From an uncultured Dehalococcoidales bacterium (lineage in GTDB: Bacteria; Chloroflexota; Dehalococcoidia; GIF9; AB-539-J10): 38,099 bases of DNA. The stretch covers positions 1-38,099 of the forward strand of contig CAYNXN010000001.1 in the NCBI GenBank assembly GCA_964401175.1. Direction: 5' to 3'. A program made the position numbers and the translations under genes. Below the pieces are notes generated by a model, which was not told the origin of the DNA, searched no databases, and saw only the letters and a program-made list of their open reading frames with translations. Below, one piece after another: positions 7,831 through 18,728 of this stretch. The stretch's first letter is position 1; each line of letters starts with the position of its first letter.

Positions 7831-9498
7831 ATGGAAGACGACACCAAGACCCGCCGCGTCTCAACCAGCGATGACATCGAGGTATCCACGTATCTCGGCA
7901 TCGCCAGTTCCCTCCAGACCGAGCAGACCGAACCCAAGGAAGCTGCGCCAGTCTCTGGGCGTGAAACCATCGTTATCCTTGATTTCGGATCTCAGTACAG
8001 CATGCTGATAGCCCGCAGGATTCGTGAGTGTCACGTGTACTGCGAGATCTTGCCGAACGATACGCCGTGGGAGCGTATCGCCCCCCTCAATCCGAAGGGA
8101 TTTGTGCTCTCTGGCGGACCGGCCAGCGTGTATGCGGCTGGAGCACCGCTGGCGCCCACGTACGTCTACGAGCGAGGCCTGCCCGTGCTTGGTATCTGCT
8201 ATGGCATGCAGGCGATTGCACATCAGTTGGGCGGCAAAGTGACGCCGGGAGAGCGACGCGAATATGGCCACTCAGTGCTCCACCTTGACGTTGATGACTC
8301 TCCGTTGTTTGAGGGGTTGCCTCCGTCAACACCGGTCTGGATGAGCCATGGCGACGTGGTGAGCGAGTTGCCTGCGGGGTTCAAGGCGCTTGCCTACACC
8401 GAGAATTCGCGCTACGCCGTGATCGGTAACGAACAGAACGTCTTCGGCCTGCAGTTTCACCCGGAGGTGACGCACACCCCTGAGGGGCGCCGACTCATCG
8501 AGAACTTCTTGTATCGCATCTGCGGCTGCAGCGGCAACTGGACACCGGCGCAGTTCATCACCGAGAGCGTTCAGCGGATTCGAGAGCAGGTCAAGGATGG
8601 CAAGGTGGTCTGTGCCTTGTCGGGCGGAGTCGATTCGGCTGTCACCGCAACGCTGATTCACCGCGCGATCGGTGACAATCTCACGTGTTTCTTCATCAAC
8701 AACGGCCTTCTTCGGCGTGAGGAGCCGGAGCGTGTCCTGAACACCTTCGCCAACAACCTGAAGGTTCGAGTTGTGTACGTGGACGCCACGGATCGCTTCC
8801 TGCGCAGACTACGTGGCGTGATCGACCCCGAGCAGAAGCGCCGCATCGTCGGAGAGGAATTCATCCACATCTTCGAGGAGGAGGCGGCGGCGCTGGGCAC
8901 GGTCGACTTCCTGGCGCAGGGTACGGTGTATCCTGATGTGATCGAGAGCGCCAGTTCGGCCGAAAACAAGGCGGCGGCCCGAATCAAGAGCCATCACAAC
9001 GTTGGTGGACTGCCGGCCACGATGCGACTCAATCTCGTTGAGCCGCTGCGGTATCTGTTCAAGGATGAGGTGCGGGAGGTCGGACTTGCGCTTGGTCTCC
9101 CAGAGGAGATGGTCTGGCGCCAACCCTTCCCCGGACCGGGTCTTTCGATACGTGTGATCGGTGAGGTTACGCGGGAAAGGCTGGAGATTCTTCGTGCCGC
9201 TGATTGGATCGTGATGCAGGAGATCAAGCGCGCGAACCTGTATGGAAGGTTGTGGCAAAGCTTCGCGGTGCTCACTGATGTGCGGAGCGTAGGCGTTATG
9301 GGTGACTCCAGGACGTACGGATACCTCATTGCCATTCGAGCGGTTACCAGTACTGACGCCATGACTGCTGACTGGGCCAGGCTGCCGTACGAGTTGCTCG
9401 ACAGGATGGCGGATCGAATCGTCAATGAAGTCCCGCACGTGAATCGCGTTGTCTACGATGTGACCAGCAAACCCCCCGCCACCATTGAATGGGAGTAA
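7831..9498 (+). CDS. guaA: GMP synthase (glutamine-hydrolysing)
   Basis: GATase-1 domain ([33 protein letters not shown]) plus ATP-PPase and dimerisation domains (SGGVDSAV, C-terminal KPPATIEWE). Start is ATG 7831 or TTG 7774. Either gives an N-terminal extension of at least 45 aa before the canonical ILDFGSQY. Confidence 0.9.
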   Translation: MEDDTKTRRVSTSDDIEVSTYLGIASSLQTEQTEPKEAAPVSGRETIVILDFGSQYSMLIARRIRECHVYCEILPNDTPWERIAPLNPKGFVLSGGPASVYAAGAPLAPTYVYERGLPVLGICYGMQAIAHQLGGKVTPGERREYGHSVLHLDVDDSPLFEGLPPSTPVWMSHGDVVSELPAGFKALAYTENSRYAVIGNEQNVFGLQFHPEVTHTPEGRRLIENFLYRICGCSGNWTPAQFITESVQRIREQVKDGKVVCALSGGVDSAVTATLIHRAIGDNLTCFFINNGLLRREEPERVLNTFANNLKVRVVYVDATDRFLRRLRGVIDPEQKRRIVGEEFIHIFEEEAAALGTVDFLAQGTVYPDVIESASSAENKAAARIKSHHNVGGLPATMRLNLVEPLRYLFKDEVREVGLALGLPEEMVWRQPFPGPGLSIRVIGEVTRERLEILRAADWIVMQEIKRANLYGRLWQSFAVLTDVRSVGVMGDSRTYGYLIAIRAVTSTDAMTADWARLPYELLDRMADRIVNEVPHVNRVVYDVTSKPPATIEWE

Positions 9499-9604
9499 TC
9501 GCGCCGGAGCTTCGCCTGCCACGCTTGAATGCACCGGAACAGTCATTCGCTCACGAGTATTGCGCTAGTATGGTATTCCGGTCGACAAGGAGAAACGGCA
9601 TCGC

Positions 9605-10870
9605 GTGAGAGTACTGGTGGTTGGAAGCGGCGGGCGGGAGCACGCGCTCGTCTGGAAGCTGGCGCAAAGCCGTCGCGTGACCGATATTCTGGTTGCGCCC
9701 GGGAATGCCGGCACAGCTACAATTGCCGAGAACGTTCCGATTGCTGCCACCGACCTCGTTGCCCTTGTTGAATTGGCGCTCCGTCGACGTGTTGACCTCG
9801 TCGTCGTGGGCCCTGAGGTCCCTCTGGCGCTCGGACTGGTCGATGCGCTGCAAGAGGAGGGCGTATCGGCCTTCGGACCGACAAGGGCGGCGGCGCGCCT
9901 CGAGGCAAGCAAGGCATTTGCGCATGATGTGATGCGACGGTCCGGCGTGCCCTGCGCCCGCTGCGGCGTCTTCACCGCGGTCGGACCCGCACGTGAATTC
10001 GGATTGTCACTCGAGCCTCCCTATGTGGTCAAGGCGGATGGTCTGGCCGCGGGAAAGGGCGCAGTCATCGTCTCATCTCACCGCGAAGCCGCGACGACGC
10101 TCGTCGACATGCTGGAACGGCGTGTCTTTGGAGCCGCCGGCGAACGTGTCGTGATTGAAGAGTACCTCTCCGGCCAGGAGGTGAGCCTCCTCGCCTTCAC
10201 CGACGGCGAAGAAGTGGTTGCGATGGTGCCTTCTTGTGACTACAAGCGCGCCTGCGATTACGACGAGGGGCCAAACACTGGAGGAATGGGCTGTTACTCA
10301 CCACCGGGGTTCTTCGACCAGGATATGGTCGTGCGCGCTACCGAGGGCGCGGTGCGGCCCGTAATCCGGCAGCTCGCGGAGGATGGCGTGGTCTACAGAG
10401 GGGTGGTGTACGCGGGGCTGATGATTGACGGTGACGACATCAAGGTGCTGGAGTTCAACGCGCGATTTGGCGATCCGGAGACCCAGGTTGTGCTTCCGCG
10501 GCTTGAGAGCGATCTTGCTGAGGTGATGTGCGCCTGTGTCGAAGGGCGCCTCAAACCGGAACTGGTCCAATGGAAGCCAGGCTGCGCTGTGGCCGTGGTG
10601 CTTGCCTCCGGCGGATACCCGGGCCAGTACCGCAAGGGATATCCCATCCTCGGATTGGACCTTGTTGACCACGACGTGAATGTGTTCCACGCCGGTACAT
10701 GCATTGATAGCGATGGCAAGACCGTGACTGATGGGGGACGTGTCCTGGCGGTCGTTTCCGCCGGTGCTTCGATGGCTGAGGCGCGAGAGCGCGTGTACAG
10801 CAATGTCGCGAGGCTTTCATTCACCGACGTGATGTATCGAACTGATATCGCGCTCAGGGAGGTGGCGTAG
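9605..10870 (+). CDS. purD: phosphoribosylamine-glycine ligase
   Basis: MRVLVVGSGGREHALVWKLAQS, ATP-grasp core, EFNARFGDPETQ. AAGGAGAAA lies upstream of the GTG start. Confidence 0.95.
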   Translation: MRVLVVGSGGREHALVWKLAQSRRVTDILVAPGNAGTATIAENVPIAATDLVALVELALRRRVDLVVVGPEVPLALGLVDALQEEGVSAFGPTRAAARLEASKAFAHDVMRRSGVPCARCGVFTAVGPAREFGLSLEPPYVVKADGLAAGKGAVIVSSHREAATTLVDMLERRVFGAAGERVVIEEYLSGQEVSLLAFTDGEEVVAMVPSCDYKRACDYDEGPNTGGMGCYSPPGFFDQDMVVRATEGAVRPVIRQLAEDGVVYRGVVYAGLMIDGDDIKVLEFNARFGDPETQVVLPRLESDLAEVMCACVEGRLKPELVQWKPGCAVAVVLASGGYPGQYRKGYPILGLDLVDHDVNVFHAGTCIDSDGKTVTDGGRVLAVVSAGASMAEARERVYSNVARLSFTDVMYRTDIALREVA

Positions 10871-11332
10871 TTGAATCCTCTGGTGGGAATCGTTATCGGA
10901 AGTGCGAACGACAAAGAGCTGATTTCGCCCGCCCTGCAGGTGCTCGACGAGTATCAGGTGCCCTACGAGTTGTCGATTATGTCGGCACATCGCAGCGCCG
11001 AGAAGGTCCGTGCCTACGCAATGTCGGCGGAGAAACGCGGCATTCAGGTGCTGGTCGGGGCCGCGGGCTACGCTGCCCACCTGCCAGGCGTGCTGGCGAG
11101 CTGGTGCGCGCTGCCTGTCATCGGCATACCGCTGCCCACGAGCGACCTGAAAGGGATCGATTCGCTCCTCTCCATCGCGCAGATGCCGGGTGGCGTACCG
11201 GTTGCCAGTGTGGGCATTGGCAAGAGCGGCGCACGAAATGCAGCCCTGATGGCCATCCAGATCCTGGCGCTGCACGACGACCGTCTCCGAGCGGCGTACC
11301 GCGCATACCGGCAGGCACTGGCTACACAATGA
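10871..11332 (+). CDS. purE: N5-carboxyaminoimidazole ribonucleotide mutase (class I PurE-like)
   Basis: VGIVIGSANDKE, SAHRSAEK, GAAGYAAHLPGV and PVIGIPL blocks. The TTG start follows the purD stop directly and is preceded by AGGGAGGTGG. Confidence 0.9.
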   Translation: MNPLVGIVIGSANDKELISPALQVLDEYQVPYELSIMSAHRSAEKVRAYAMSAEKRGIQVLVGAAGYAAHLPGVLASWCALPVIGIPLPTSDLKGIDSLLSIAQMPGGVPVASVGIGKSGARNAALMAIQILALHDDRLRAAYRAYRQALATQ

Positions 11333-11339
11333 GGTTGAA

Positions 11340-12692
11340 ATGATAGAGCGCTATTCACTGCCCGAGATGGCCCAGGTCTGGTCTGACGAGAACAAGTTCG
11401 CGCTCTGGCTGAAGGTTGAAATCGCCGTATGCGAGGCATGGGCGCAACTGGGACGGATTCCGCCCGAGGATGTGGCGCGCATAAGGAATGCTACCTGTGA
11501 TCTGAACCGGATGAATGAGATCCTTAAAGTGACTCACCACGACGTCACCGCCTTTCTCTCCGCGGTCGCAGAGAGCCTTGGTCCCGAGTCCCGGTTCGTG
11601 CATCTTGGCCTCACATCATCTGACGTCATGGACACTGCGCTTGGCCTGCAGTTGAAGTCGGCTGCTGAGATCCTGCAGCATGGTGTGAGCCGACTCCTCG
11701 CCGCGCTGAAGACCCGGGCCTTCGAACACAAACACACTCTCATGATGGGACGGACTCACGGAGTCCATGCTGAGCCCATCACTTTTGGTCTGAAGCTGGC
11801 ATTGTGGTGCAAGGAGATGGAGCGCAACAGCGAACGGTTGCGTCGAGCAGGCGAGGCCGTGGCTGTCGGGAAGATATCCGGTGCCGTCGGCACCCATGCT
11901 ACCGTGCCACTCGCGGTGGAAGAGGACGCCTGTCGACGCCTGGGATTGGCCTGGGCGCCGATCTCAAACCAGGTGGTGCAGAGGGATCGACATGCCGAGT
12001 TCCTCTCCACTCTGGCGATAATCGGCAGTTCCCTGGAGAAGTTCGCCACTGAGGTCCGGGCACTCCAGAAGACAGAGGTACAGGAACTCGAAGAACCCTT
12101 CGAGCAAGGCCAGACGGGTTCATCCGCGATGCCGCACAAACGCAATCCTGAGCTGTGCGAGCGCGTCAGCGGTCTCGCCCGGCTGCTGCGCGGCAATGCT
12201 TTGTGCGCCCTTGAGAATGTGGCGCTCTGGCACGAGCGCGATATCAGTCATTCTTCGGTGGAGCGCGTCATCCTGCCCGACTCCTGCCTCGTCCTGGACT
12301 ACATTCTCACCATCTTCACCTCGATCGTCACCAGCATGCGCGTCAATGTCGAGAAGATGCGCGCCAACATCGAGCTGTCACGTGGCCTGGTGTTCTCGCA
12401 GCGCGCGCTCATCGCGCTCATAGAGAGCGGCATGTCGCGTCAGGATGCCTACAAGATAGTGCAGGCACACGCGATGCAGGCGTGGCAATCTGGGCAGTCT
12501 TTTCGAGCGCTGCTTGAGGCGGACCCGAAAGTACATTCGCGGCTGACACCTGGCGATTTCGAATCTGTGTTTGACTATGGCTTCTTCACCCGGGAGGTGG
12601 ACAACATCTTCGCGCGTGCAGGGCTCGAAAGCACGGCGGCCGATTTGTCTCTCGGAGATGCTCGTCCGGATCTCGCGCCCCGATCCTACTAG
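11340..12692 (+). CDS. purB: adenylosuccinate lyase
   Basis: MIERYSLPEMAQVWSDENKF..., fumarate-lyase signature GSSAMPHKRNP. 450 aa. Confidence 0.95.
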   Translation: MIERYSLPEMAQVWSDENKFALWLKVEIAVCEAWAQLGRIPPEDVARIRNATCDLNRMNEILKVTHHDVTAFLSAVAESLGPESRFVHLGLTSSDVMDTALGLQLKSAAEILQHGVSRLLAALKTRAFEHKHTLMMGRTHGVHAEPITFGLKLALWCKEMERNSERLRRAGEAVAVGKISGAVGTHATVPLAVEEDACRRLGLAWAPISNQVVQRDRHAEFLSTLAIIGSSLEKFATEVRALQKTEVQELEEPFEQGQTGSSAMPHKRNPELCERVSGLARLLRGNALCALENVALWHERDISHSSVERVILPDSCLVLDYILTIFTSIVTSMRVNVEKMRANIELSRGLVFSQRALIALIESGMSRQDAYKIVQAHAMQAWQSGQSFRALLEADPKVHSRLTPGDFESVFDYGFFTREVDNIFARAGLESTAADLSLGDARPDLAPRSY

Positions 12693-12705
12693 CCGGAGGT
12701 GACCT

Positions 12706-13605
12706 ATGAACGCAGTGACTGAGACAAGCTTGCCACTGCCGCTCTTTCAGCGGGGCAAGGTGAGGGATGTCTACGACCTCGGCGACCATCTACTGGTGGT
12801 GTCAACGGATCGTATTTCTGCATTCGATGTGGTCCTGCCCACCGGAGTGCCCTACAAGGGACAGGTGCTGAATCAGATGTCAGCTTTCTGGTTTCGGAAG
12901 ACCGAGAGCATTATCGAGAACCATCTGGTGGAGTCCATCGATGATGCTGCCGCCCTTTCGCGGCTCGCCATTCGACTCTCCATGCCGCTGCCTGACTACC
13001 TCATCGGCAGATCAATGGTGGTGCGCAAAGCGCGGAGAATACCGGTGGAGTGTGTCATCCGAGGTTATCTCTCCGGGTCTGCCTGGGGGGAGTACAAGTC
13101 GAGCCAGACCATTCAAGGGCTGCCCATGCCGGCGGGTCTGCGTGAAAGCGAGCGACTGCCTGAGGCGCTGTTCACCCCGACCACCAAAAGCGAGGCGGAA
13201 CATGACCGCCCGCTGACTGAAGCGGACATAGATGAGTGGAATCTGCGTGACACCATGCCCGCGCTCAAGAACGCCAGCGAGTCGCTCTATGCCTTTGCGG
13301 CAGCCTACGCCCGGGAGCGGGGGATCATCATTGCCGACACCAAGTTCGAGTTCGGCTGGCTCGACAGCACGCTGATCCTCATCGACGAGGCCCTGACGCC
13401 CGACTCCAGTCGATTCTGGTCGGTCAGCACGTACGAACCAGGAAAGCCACAGCCGAGTTACGACAAGCAACCGGTGCGGGATTGGCTGGCGAACTCCGGC
13501 TGGAGCGATGGCAAACCGATTCCACCGGTGCCTCCCAGCGTTGTCACTGCGGCGACCGAACGCTACACCACCGCGTACCGTCTGCTCACCCAGGAGCCAC
13601 GCTGA
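12706..13605 (+). CDS. purC: SAICAR synthase (phosphoribosylaminoimidazole-succinocarboxamide synthase)
   Basis: LFQRGKVRDVYDLGDHLLVVSTDRISAFD, IIADTKFEFG, LIDEALTPDSSRFW. GGAGGTGA lies upstream of the ATG. Confidence 0.95.
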   Translation: MNAVTETSLPLPLFQRGKVRDVYDLGDHLLVVSTDRISAFDVVLPTGVPYKGQVLNQMSAFWFRKTESIIENHLVESIDDAAALSRLAIRLSMPLPDYLIGRSMVVRKARRIPVECVIRGYLSGSAWGEYKSSQTIQGLPMPAGLRESERLPEALFTPTTKSEAEHDRPLTEADIDEWNLRDTMPALKNASESLYAFAAAYARERGIIIADTKFEFGWLDSTLILIDEALTPDSSRFWSVSTYEPGKPQPSYDKQPVRDWLANSGWSDGKPIPPVPPSVVTAATERYTTAYRLLTQEPR

Positions 13606-13621
13606 TGTGCGCCCTCAGCCG

Positions 13622-14596
13622 TCAGTAATTCTTGTACCAGTCTTCGCTGATGACAGGCGCACTCACCTTCTTGAACCAGGGGGTTCCGTACGCGTTTGCC
13701 ACGGCCATCAGGACGTTCAGACGGTCCACCACCACTGTGTTGAAGAACTCCTGTCTTTCCTCTCGGGTGGCGATCGAAGTGGCTTCCTGCCACAACGCAC
13801 GTCCCGCCAGAAAGCCCGAGGCGCCCACCCTGGAGGCGATTTCGACCTGCCGCACGAAGAGATCGAAATCCACACCACCGCTGAGGATGATCCAGGGTAC
13901 ATGGCTGGCTGCGTCCAGTCGCTTGCAGTTGTCCATCATCACCTGGGCGTTCGTCTCCGTCTTCGCGTCCGCGGGAAACTCAGCCTTGAGTACGTCAATG
14001 CCAAGCGGTGTGATCTCCTCGGCCGTCTGGATAACCACATGTGGCTTTACCTGGGAGTAGCGCCCGCTGCGGGCTTCATCCCCTACAGCGTATCCGACCG
14101 GTTCCACAATGAACGCGAGGTCCTGCTCCTCACACCATGCCGCCAGTTCCTGCACCAGCGCGCGTTGTTGTACCGCAACGTCGACATCGGGACGGTAGTA
14201 CAGCAACAGCTTGGCGCCGTCAGCGCCCATACGTCGAATCTTGGCGGCGTTCCAGCCGTCTAGTGGGCGACTGACCCGCGCTTCGGCGCCACCCTCGTAG
14301 CCGGTCTCTTCAAGCGAGACGAGCAGTCCGGTTCGGCCTGCGAGCACATTGGCCGCGATGCTCTGCGCCGCACCGTACACCGGATCAAGCAGTATCGCAC
14401 TGCAGTGTGGCGACAACGCGCTGCACACGTCGTACTTGAAGTCCACCATGTCCTGGTAGGTGGGCGCCTTCCCGGTTCCCTCTTTGAGCATCTTGGACAA
14501 CGAACCTCTATGGTCGAGAGCGCACATGCAGATACACCCCCGGCTGTCTGCGAGACGTTGTACACCGCGGTATTTGCCTGTAGTCATCTTCTTCAT
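13622..14596 (-). CDS. class I aldolase of the LacD / tagatose-1,6-bisphosphate aldolase family
   Basis: Collinear with LacD blocks: ALDHRGS, ILLDPVYG, GADGAKLLLYY, IDVLKAEFP (Schiff-base Lys region), ILSGGV, GFLAGRALW. Track ORF starts at 14611. I prefer ATG 14596, preceded by GAGGTGA, which overlaps the pfkA stop. Confidence 0.8.
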   Translation of the reverse strand: MKKMTTGKYRGVQRLADSRGCICMCALDHRGSLSKMLKEGTGKAPTYQDMVDFKYDVCSALSPHCSAILLDPVYGAAQSIAANVLAGRTGLLVSLEETGYEGGAEARVSRPLDGWNAAKIRRMGADGAKLLLYYRPDVDVAVQQRALVQELAAWCEEQDLAFIVEPVGYAVGDEARSGRYSQVKPHVVIQTAEEITPLGIDVLKAEFPADAKTETNAQVMMDNCKRLDAASHVPWIILSGGVDFDLFVRQVEIASRVGASGFLAGRALWQEATSIATREERQEFFNTVVVDRLNVLMAVANAYGTPWFKKVSAPVISEDWYKNY

Positions 14597-14600
14597 CGCT

Positions 14601-15572
14601 TCACCTCGCAAGCACTTTCATCAGGTAGAGCAGCTCCGTGTCCAGCTCCTTCTGTAGCTTCCAGGTCCGTTCAAACGGCGTCTCAACCACCTTGTTGTTG
14701 AGCAGTCCGACCATCACACCACTTCTGCCTTCCACAAGAGCCAGTACGGCTCCGGCGCCAAGTTTCGAGGCTAACAGTCGATCCTGCGCCGACGGAGGAC
14801 CACCCCGCTGCACATGTCCGATAACGCACACCCGATAATCCATGACGAGTCGGTTTCCCAGCTTCGCCGCGACTTCGAACGCGTGCCCCGCATCATCACC
14901 CTCTGCTACCACCACGATGCTGGCGCGTTTGCCCGAGGCATGCTGCTCGGTGATGCTGGCCACCAGTTCATCCAGATTTGTCGGAACCTCCGGTACCAGC
15001 ACATCCTCGGCGCCGCCCGCGATGCCCACACTCAAGGCGATAAACCCCCGGGTGCGGCCCATCACCTCCACGAAGAAGAGCCGTTCATGTGCTTCAGCGG
15101 TATCACGCAGACGGTCGATGGCCTGAAGGGCGGTATTCACCGCCGTATCGAAACCGATGGTTGAGTCAGTGCCGTAGAGGTCGTTGTCGATGGTCCCCGG
15201 CACACCCACCACGTGAACATCAGATATCTCGGAGAGCGCCTGAGCCCCTCGAAACGTCCCATCGCCTCCGATGGCCACCAGCCCGCCGACATCGAGCGCC
15301 GCGAGATTGGCGGCAGCCTTACGCAGTCCCGCAGCGGTCTTCATCTCTTCGCAGCGAGCGGTGCCCAGCATCGTGCCGCCCCGGTGGATGATGTTCGCCA
15401 CGGACCTCGGCCCCATCTCCAGCACGTCGCCATCCAGCAGCCCGGCATACCCGCGCCGAATCCCCACCACCTCAAGGTTCTGGGCGATGGCGCACCGTAC
15501 CACGGCGCGAATTGCGGCGTTCATCCCGGGCGCATCGCCGCCGCTCGTCAGCACTCCGATCCGTCGCATCAT
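14601..15572 (-). CDS. pfkA: ATP-dependent 6-phosphofructokinase (PfkA family)
   Basis: RIGVLTSGGDAPGMNAAIRAVVR, IGGDGTFRGA and GVPGTIDND (Gly at both positions that separate ATP- from PPi-dependent enzymes), VMGRTRG, GHVQRGG. Confidence 0.9.
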   Translation of the reverse strand: MMRRIGVLTSGGDAPGMNAAIRAVVRCAIAQNLEVVGIRRGYAGLLDGDVLEMGPRSVANIIHRGGTMLGTARCEEMKTAAGLRKAAANLAALDVGGLVAIGGDGTFRGAQALSEISDVHVVGVPGTIDNDLYGTDSTIGFDTAVNTALQAIDRLRDTAEAHERLFFVEVMGRTRGFIALSVGIAGGAEDVLVPEVPTNLDELVASITEQHASGKRASIVVVAEGDDAGHAFEVAAKLGNRLVMDYRVCVIGHVQRGGPPSAQDRLLASKLGAGAVLALVEGRSGVMVGLLNNKVVETPFERTWKLQKELDTELLYLMKVLAR

Positions 15573-15679
15573 ACTGTCAACCTCGCGTTACAGACTATCA
15601 CAACAAGCCGGAAGAAGACACACCGGCAGACCGGAGACGAGCCTCTGGAAATGTGAGGAGTCAAAGGGGAGTCCCCAGC

Positions 15680-16270
15680 TCAAGGTGCAAGAGTGCCTTT
15701 GCTGCTGGGCACGACGTCGATAGACCGTGGGTCCTTAGCGCAGGCACAACGCAGCGCCCTTCCAAAGGCTTTGAACAGCGACTCTGCCTTATGGTGGTCG
15801 TTCTCGCCAGCCTCGACTCGTGCGTGCAACGTAATCCGGGCCTCGACAGCGAGAGATATGAAGAAGTGACGCACCATATCGGCTTCAAGCTCGCTGATCG
15901 TAGCATGTGAGAACGGCGCCGTAAGGTGAGCGCCACCTCGGCCGCTGATATCGATGGCGACACATGACAGCGCCTCGTCCATCGGCACCAGGGCGTGTGC
16001 CATGCGAACAATCCCTCTCTTATCGCCGAGCGCCTGCGACAGCGCCTGGCCGAAGCAGATGGCCACATCCTCAACGACGTGGTGCTGGTCATCGCCCGTG
16101 GCAGTGATACTGAGGTCCAGCATGCCATGCCGCGCGATCTGGGTCAGGAAATGGTCGAGCATCTGGATGCCAGTGCCGATCCTGGACTCTCCGGCGCCGT
16201 CCAGGTTCAACTCGACGTCGACTTTGGTCTCCGTAGTCTGTCGCGCAGACCGGCCCTTTCTACAACTCAC
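15680..16270 (-). CDS. hisB: imidazoleglycerol-phosphate dehydratase
   Basis: IGTGIQMLDHFLTQIARHG, GDDQHHVVEDVAI, ENDHHKAESLFKAFGRAL. The track ORF (to 16399) overlaps hisC by 140 nt. GTG 16270 gives a normal 196-aa HisB and an 11-nt overlap with the hisC stop. Confidence 0.9.
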   Translation of the reverse strand: MSCRKGRSARQTTETKVDVELNLDGAGESRIGTGIQMLDHFLTQIARHGMLDLSITATGDDQHHVVEDVAICFGQALSQALGDKRGIVRMAHALVPMDEALSCVAIDISGRGGAHLTAPFSHATISELEADMVRHFFISLAVEARITLHARVEAGENDHHKAESLFKAFGRALRCACAKDPRSIDVVPSSKGTLAP

Positions 16271-17369
16271 GCCACACCTCCTCGAGGGCTTCGAGCAATG
16301 CGTCGGTATCCTGCGGCAGGCCTGCGCTGATACGTAGGCAGTCGCGCAAGCCTTCGCTCTCGTAGAAGCGCACCAGAATGCCGCGACGGCGCAGCCCATC
16401 GCGCAGGCGTCGAGCGGCGGTCACAGGCGCCTCGTCCTTCTGTTTCACACGACAGAGTATGAAGTTCGCCTCCGAGGGGTAGGGTTCCAGCCACGCGATC
16501 GCGCCGAGTCGTTCAAGCATGCGGTCCCGCTCGGACTTGAGCTTCGCAACATTGGCGAGAAGATACTCCGCATCCTGCAGTGAGGCAATGGCGGCGGCCT
16601 CGCCGGCGACGTTCACATTGTAGGGCTGTTTGATCGTAAGCAGCAGACTCGCCAGGCGCTCGTTGCAGAGACAGTAGCCCACACGCAGACCGGCCAGTCC
16701 GGCCCATTTGCTGAAGGTCCGCAGCACAATCAGGTTAGGATGGTTCCTGAGCAGATGCGCGACCGTGCCGCGGCTGAACTCGTAGTATGCCTCATCAACC
16801 ACGACGATCAGATCCAGTGCCAGCAACCGACGCACCTCAGCTTCAGTCACCGCTCCGCCCGTTGGATTGTTGGGTGACGCGACGAAGAGAAGTCGGGTCC
16901 GGGGCTGGGTGGCAGCCTCCAGTCCGCCAAGATCCAGTGAGAAGTCGCTCTTACGGGGGACATTAACCAGTCTCGCGCCGGTGACCGCAACGAGAAACGG
17001 GTACATCCCGAACGTCGGCGGAGCGTTCAGCACGGTATCACCGGGGTTGACGAACAGCCGCAATGCCAGGTCGATCAGTTCATCACTTCCATTGGCGCAT
17101 ACGATCTGCTCCCGAGAGAAGCCGGTGTACTCGGCAAGTGCGTCTCGCAGATTGCGCTGCAGCGGATCGGGGTAGATGTGGTAGTACGGGAAGTGCGCCA
17201 GCACCTCTCGCGCACGCGGCGAGGAGAGATACGGATTCTCATTGCCGTCAAGCTTGACGATCCTCCTGCCGATCTCCTTCTCGAGAACGTCTATAGGTTC
17301 GACAGGATCGTACCCCTGAATTGCGCTGAGACCAGGTCGAATGAGCTCTTCTACCCGCTTGATGTCCAC
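16260..17369 (-). CDS. hisC: histidinol-phosphate aminotransferase
   Basis: Class II aminotransferase. KLDGNENPY, SPNNPTG, RTFSKWAGLAGLRVGY (PLP Lys). GTG start preceded by GAGGTGA. Confidence 0.9.
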   Translation of the reverse strand: MDIKRVEELIRPGLSAIQGYDPVEPIDVLEKEIGRRIVKLDGNENPYLSSPRAREVLAHFPYYHIYPDPLQRNLRDALAEYTGFSREQIVCANGSDELIDLALRLFVNPGDTVLNAPPTFGMYPFLVAVTGARLVNVPRKSDFSLDLGGLEAATQPRTRLLFVASPNNPTGGAVTEAEVRRLLALDLIVVVDEAYYEFSRGTVAHLLRNHPNLIVLRTFSKWAGLAGLRVGYCLCNERLASLLLTIKQPYNVNVAGEAAAIASLQDAEYLLANVAKLKSERDRMLERLGAIAWLEPYPSEANFILCRVKQKDEAPVTAARRLRDGLRRRGILVRFYESEGLRDCLRISAGLPQDTDALLEALEEVWREL

Positions 17370-17402
17370 GCGTCACCTCGCGACGAGACGGTTCTGCCGG
17401 AT

Positions 17403-18728
17403 TCAGGCTGGAGGATGAAGGCGATACTCGATTGCCCGAGCGTGCGCTTCAAGCCCCTCGGCCCTGGCGATGACGGCCGCTTCGGGTCCGAGGTGAGACA
17501 TTGTAGCACCGTCAAGATGCGCAACGCTGGAGTACTTTATGAAATCCTCAACGCTGAGGACCGATGAGAAGCGCGCACTGCCACCGGTAGGCAAGACATG
17601 GCTCGGCCCATCGATGTAGTCGCCCATGACGACCGGAGAGTCACCGCCCAGGCAGATGCAGCCTGCGTTGCGGATGTGGTCCAGCACGCGGCGCGGTTCA
17701 TGCACAAGTATCTCCAGATGTTCCGGTCCGAACAGATTGGCCAGGCGTATGGCGTCTTCAATGCTGTCAACGACCGCGACCACCGCGTGATCGAGGGCCT
17801 CCTGCAGAGCGGCGGACCGCCCTAGCTCTGCCGCCTGCCGTTCCACCTCTCGTTCAACGGCTCGTGCGACATCGTGACTGTCGGTCAACAAGACCACCAC
17901 CGCCTGCGGGTCATGCTCCGCCTGAGCCAGCATATCTGCGGCGCAGTGGACAGCGGAAGCTGTAGCATCAGCGATGATGAGAACCTCGCTTGGCCCGGCG
18001 AGACTGTCGATCGCAACACTCCCGAAGACCATTTTCTTGGCAAGAGTGACGAAGACATTGCCCGGACCACAGATCTTGTCGACGCGTGGCACGCTCTCAG
18101 TGCCGTATGCGAGCGCGGCCACGGCCTGAGCGCCGCCCAGTGCGAACACACGGTCCACGCCGGCAATAGCACAGGCCGCGAGAGTCACCTCGCCGATGCC
18201 GCCCTGCTGATTTGGCGGGGTCGCCACAATCACCTCTCTCACGCCGGCAACCTTCGCCGGTATGGCCGTCATGAGGACGGAAGACGGGTAGGCGAAGCGG
18301 CCCCCCGGCACGTAGAGACCGACGCGATCGAGCGGCAGCACTCTCCGCCCCAGGTGGGCGTCCACAAAGTGCGTGCCCGCACGGGGGGCAAATGCCTCGT
18401 GGTACTTCTGGACCCGTGACGCCGCAAGTTGCAGGGCAGAAGCCAGCGACGAATCGATGCGGTCCAATGCAGTGGAGACATCCAGGGACGGAATCTCCAG
18501 CGACTGCAACCTGATCCCGGAGATGAGTTGCGTGTGCCGCACTATGGCCGCGTCACCATCGGAACGTACATCCGCCAGAATCCTCTCCACCACGGCAGCG
18601 GGCGTGAGCCTCTCGCCGTACGCGCGCTCGATGCTGTCAAGCAACGACTGCTGTCCCGACAGGGATGACAGCGGATCGGCACGCACCACCAGCTTTGCGG
18701 CCTCGGCGAAGCCCTGTGCCTGCTTCAC
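17403..18728 (-). CDS. hisD: histidinol dehydrogenase
   Basis: [53 protein letters not shown]. Its GTG start overlaps the hisG stop (GTGA). Confidence 0.95.
   Translation of the reverse strand: MKQAQGFAEAAKLVVRADPLSSLSGQQSLLDSIERAYGERLTPAAVVERILADVRSDGDAAIVRHTQLISGIRLQSLEIPSLDVSTALDRIDSSLASALQLAASRVQKYHEAFAPRAGTHFVDAHLGRRVLPLDRVGLYVPGGRFAYPSSVLMTAIPAKVAGVREVIVATPPNQQGGIGEVTLAACAIAGVDRVFALGGAQAVAALAYGTESVPRVDKICGPGNVFVTLAKKMVFGSVAIDSLAGPSEVLIIADATASAVHCAADMLAQAEHDPQAVVVLLTDSHDVARAVEREVERQAAELGRSAALQEALDHAVVAVVDSIEDAIRLANLFGPEHLEILVHEPRRVLDHIRNAGCICLGGDSPVVMGDYIDGPSHVLPTGGSARFSSVLSVEDFIKYSSVAHLDGATMSHLGPEAAVIARAEGLEAHARAIEYRLHPPA

Noticed and set aside
10871-11332. purE as a possible larB (the NPN-cofactor carboxylase is PurE-like) serving the LarA homolog
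   Set aside because: It is embedded in purD-purE-purB-purC with translational coupling, is 153 aa long, and has class I PurE motifs. LarB proteins are longer and would be expected near larC/larE.
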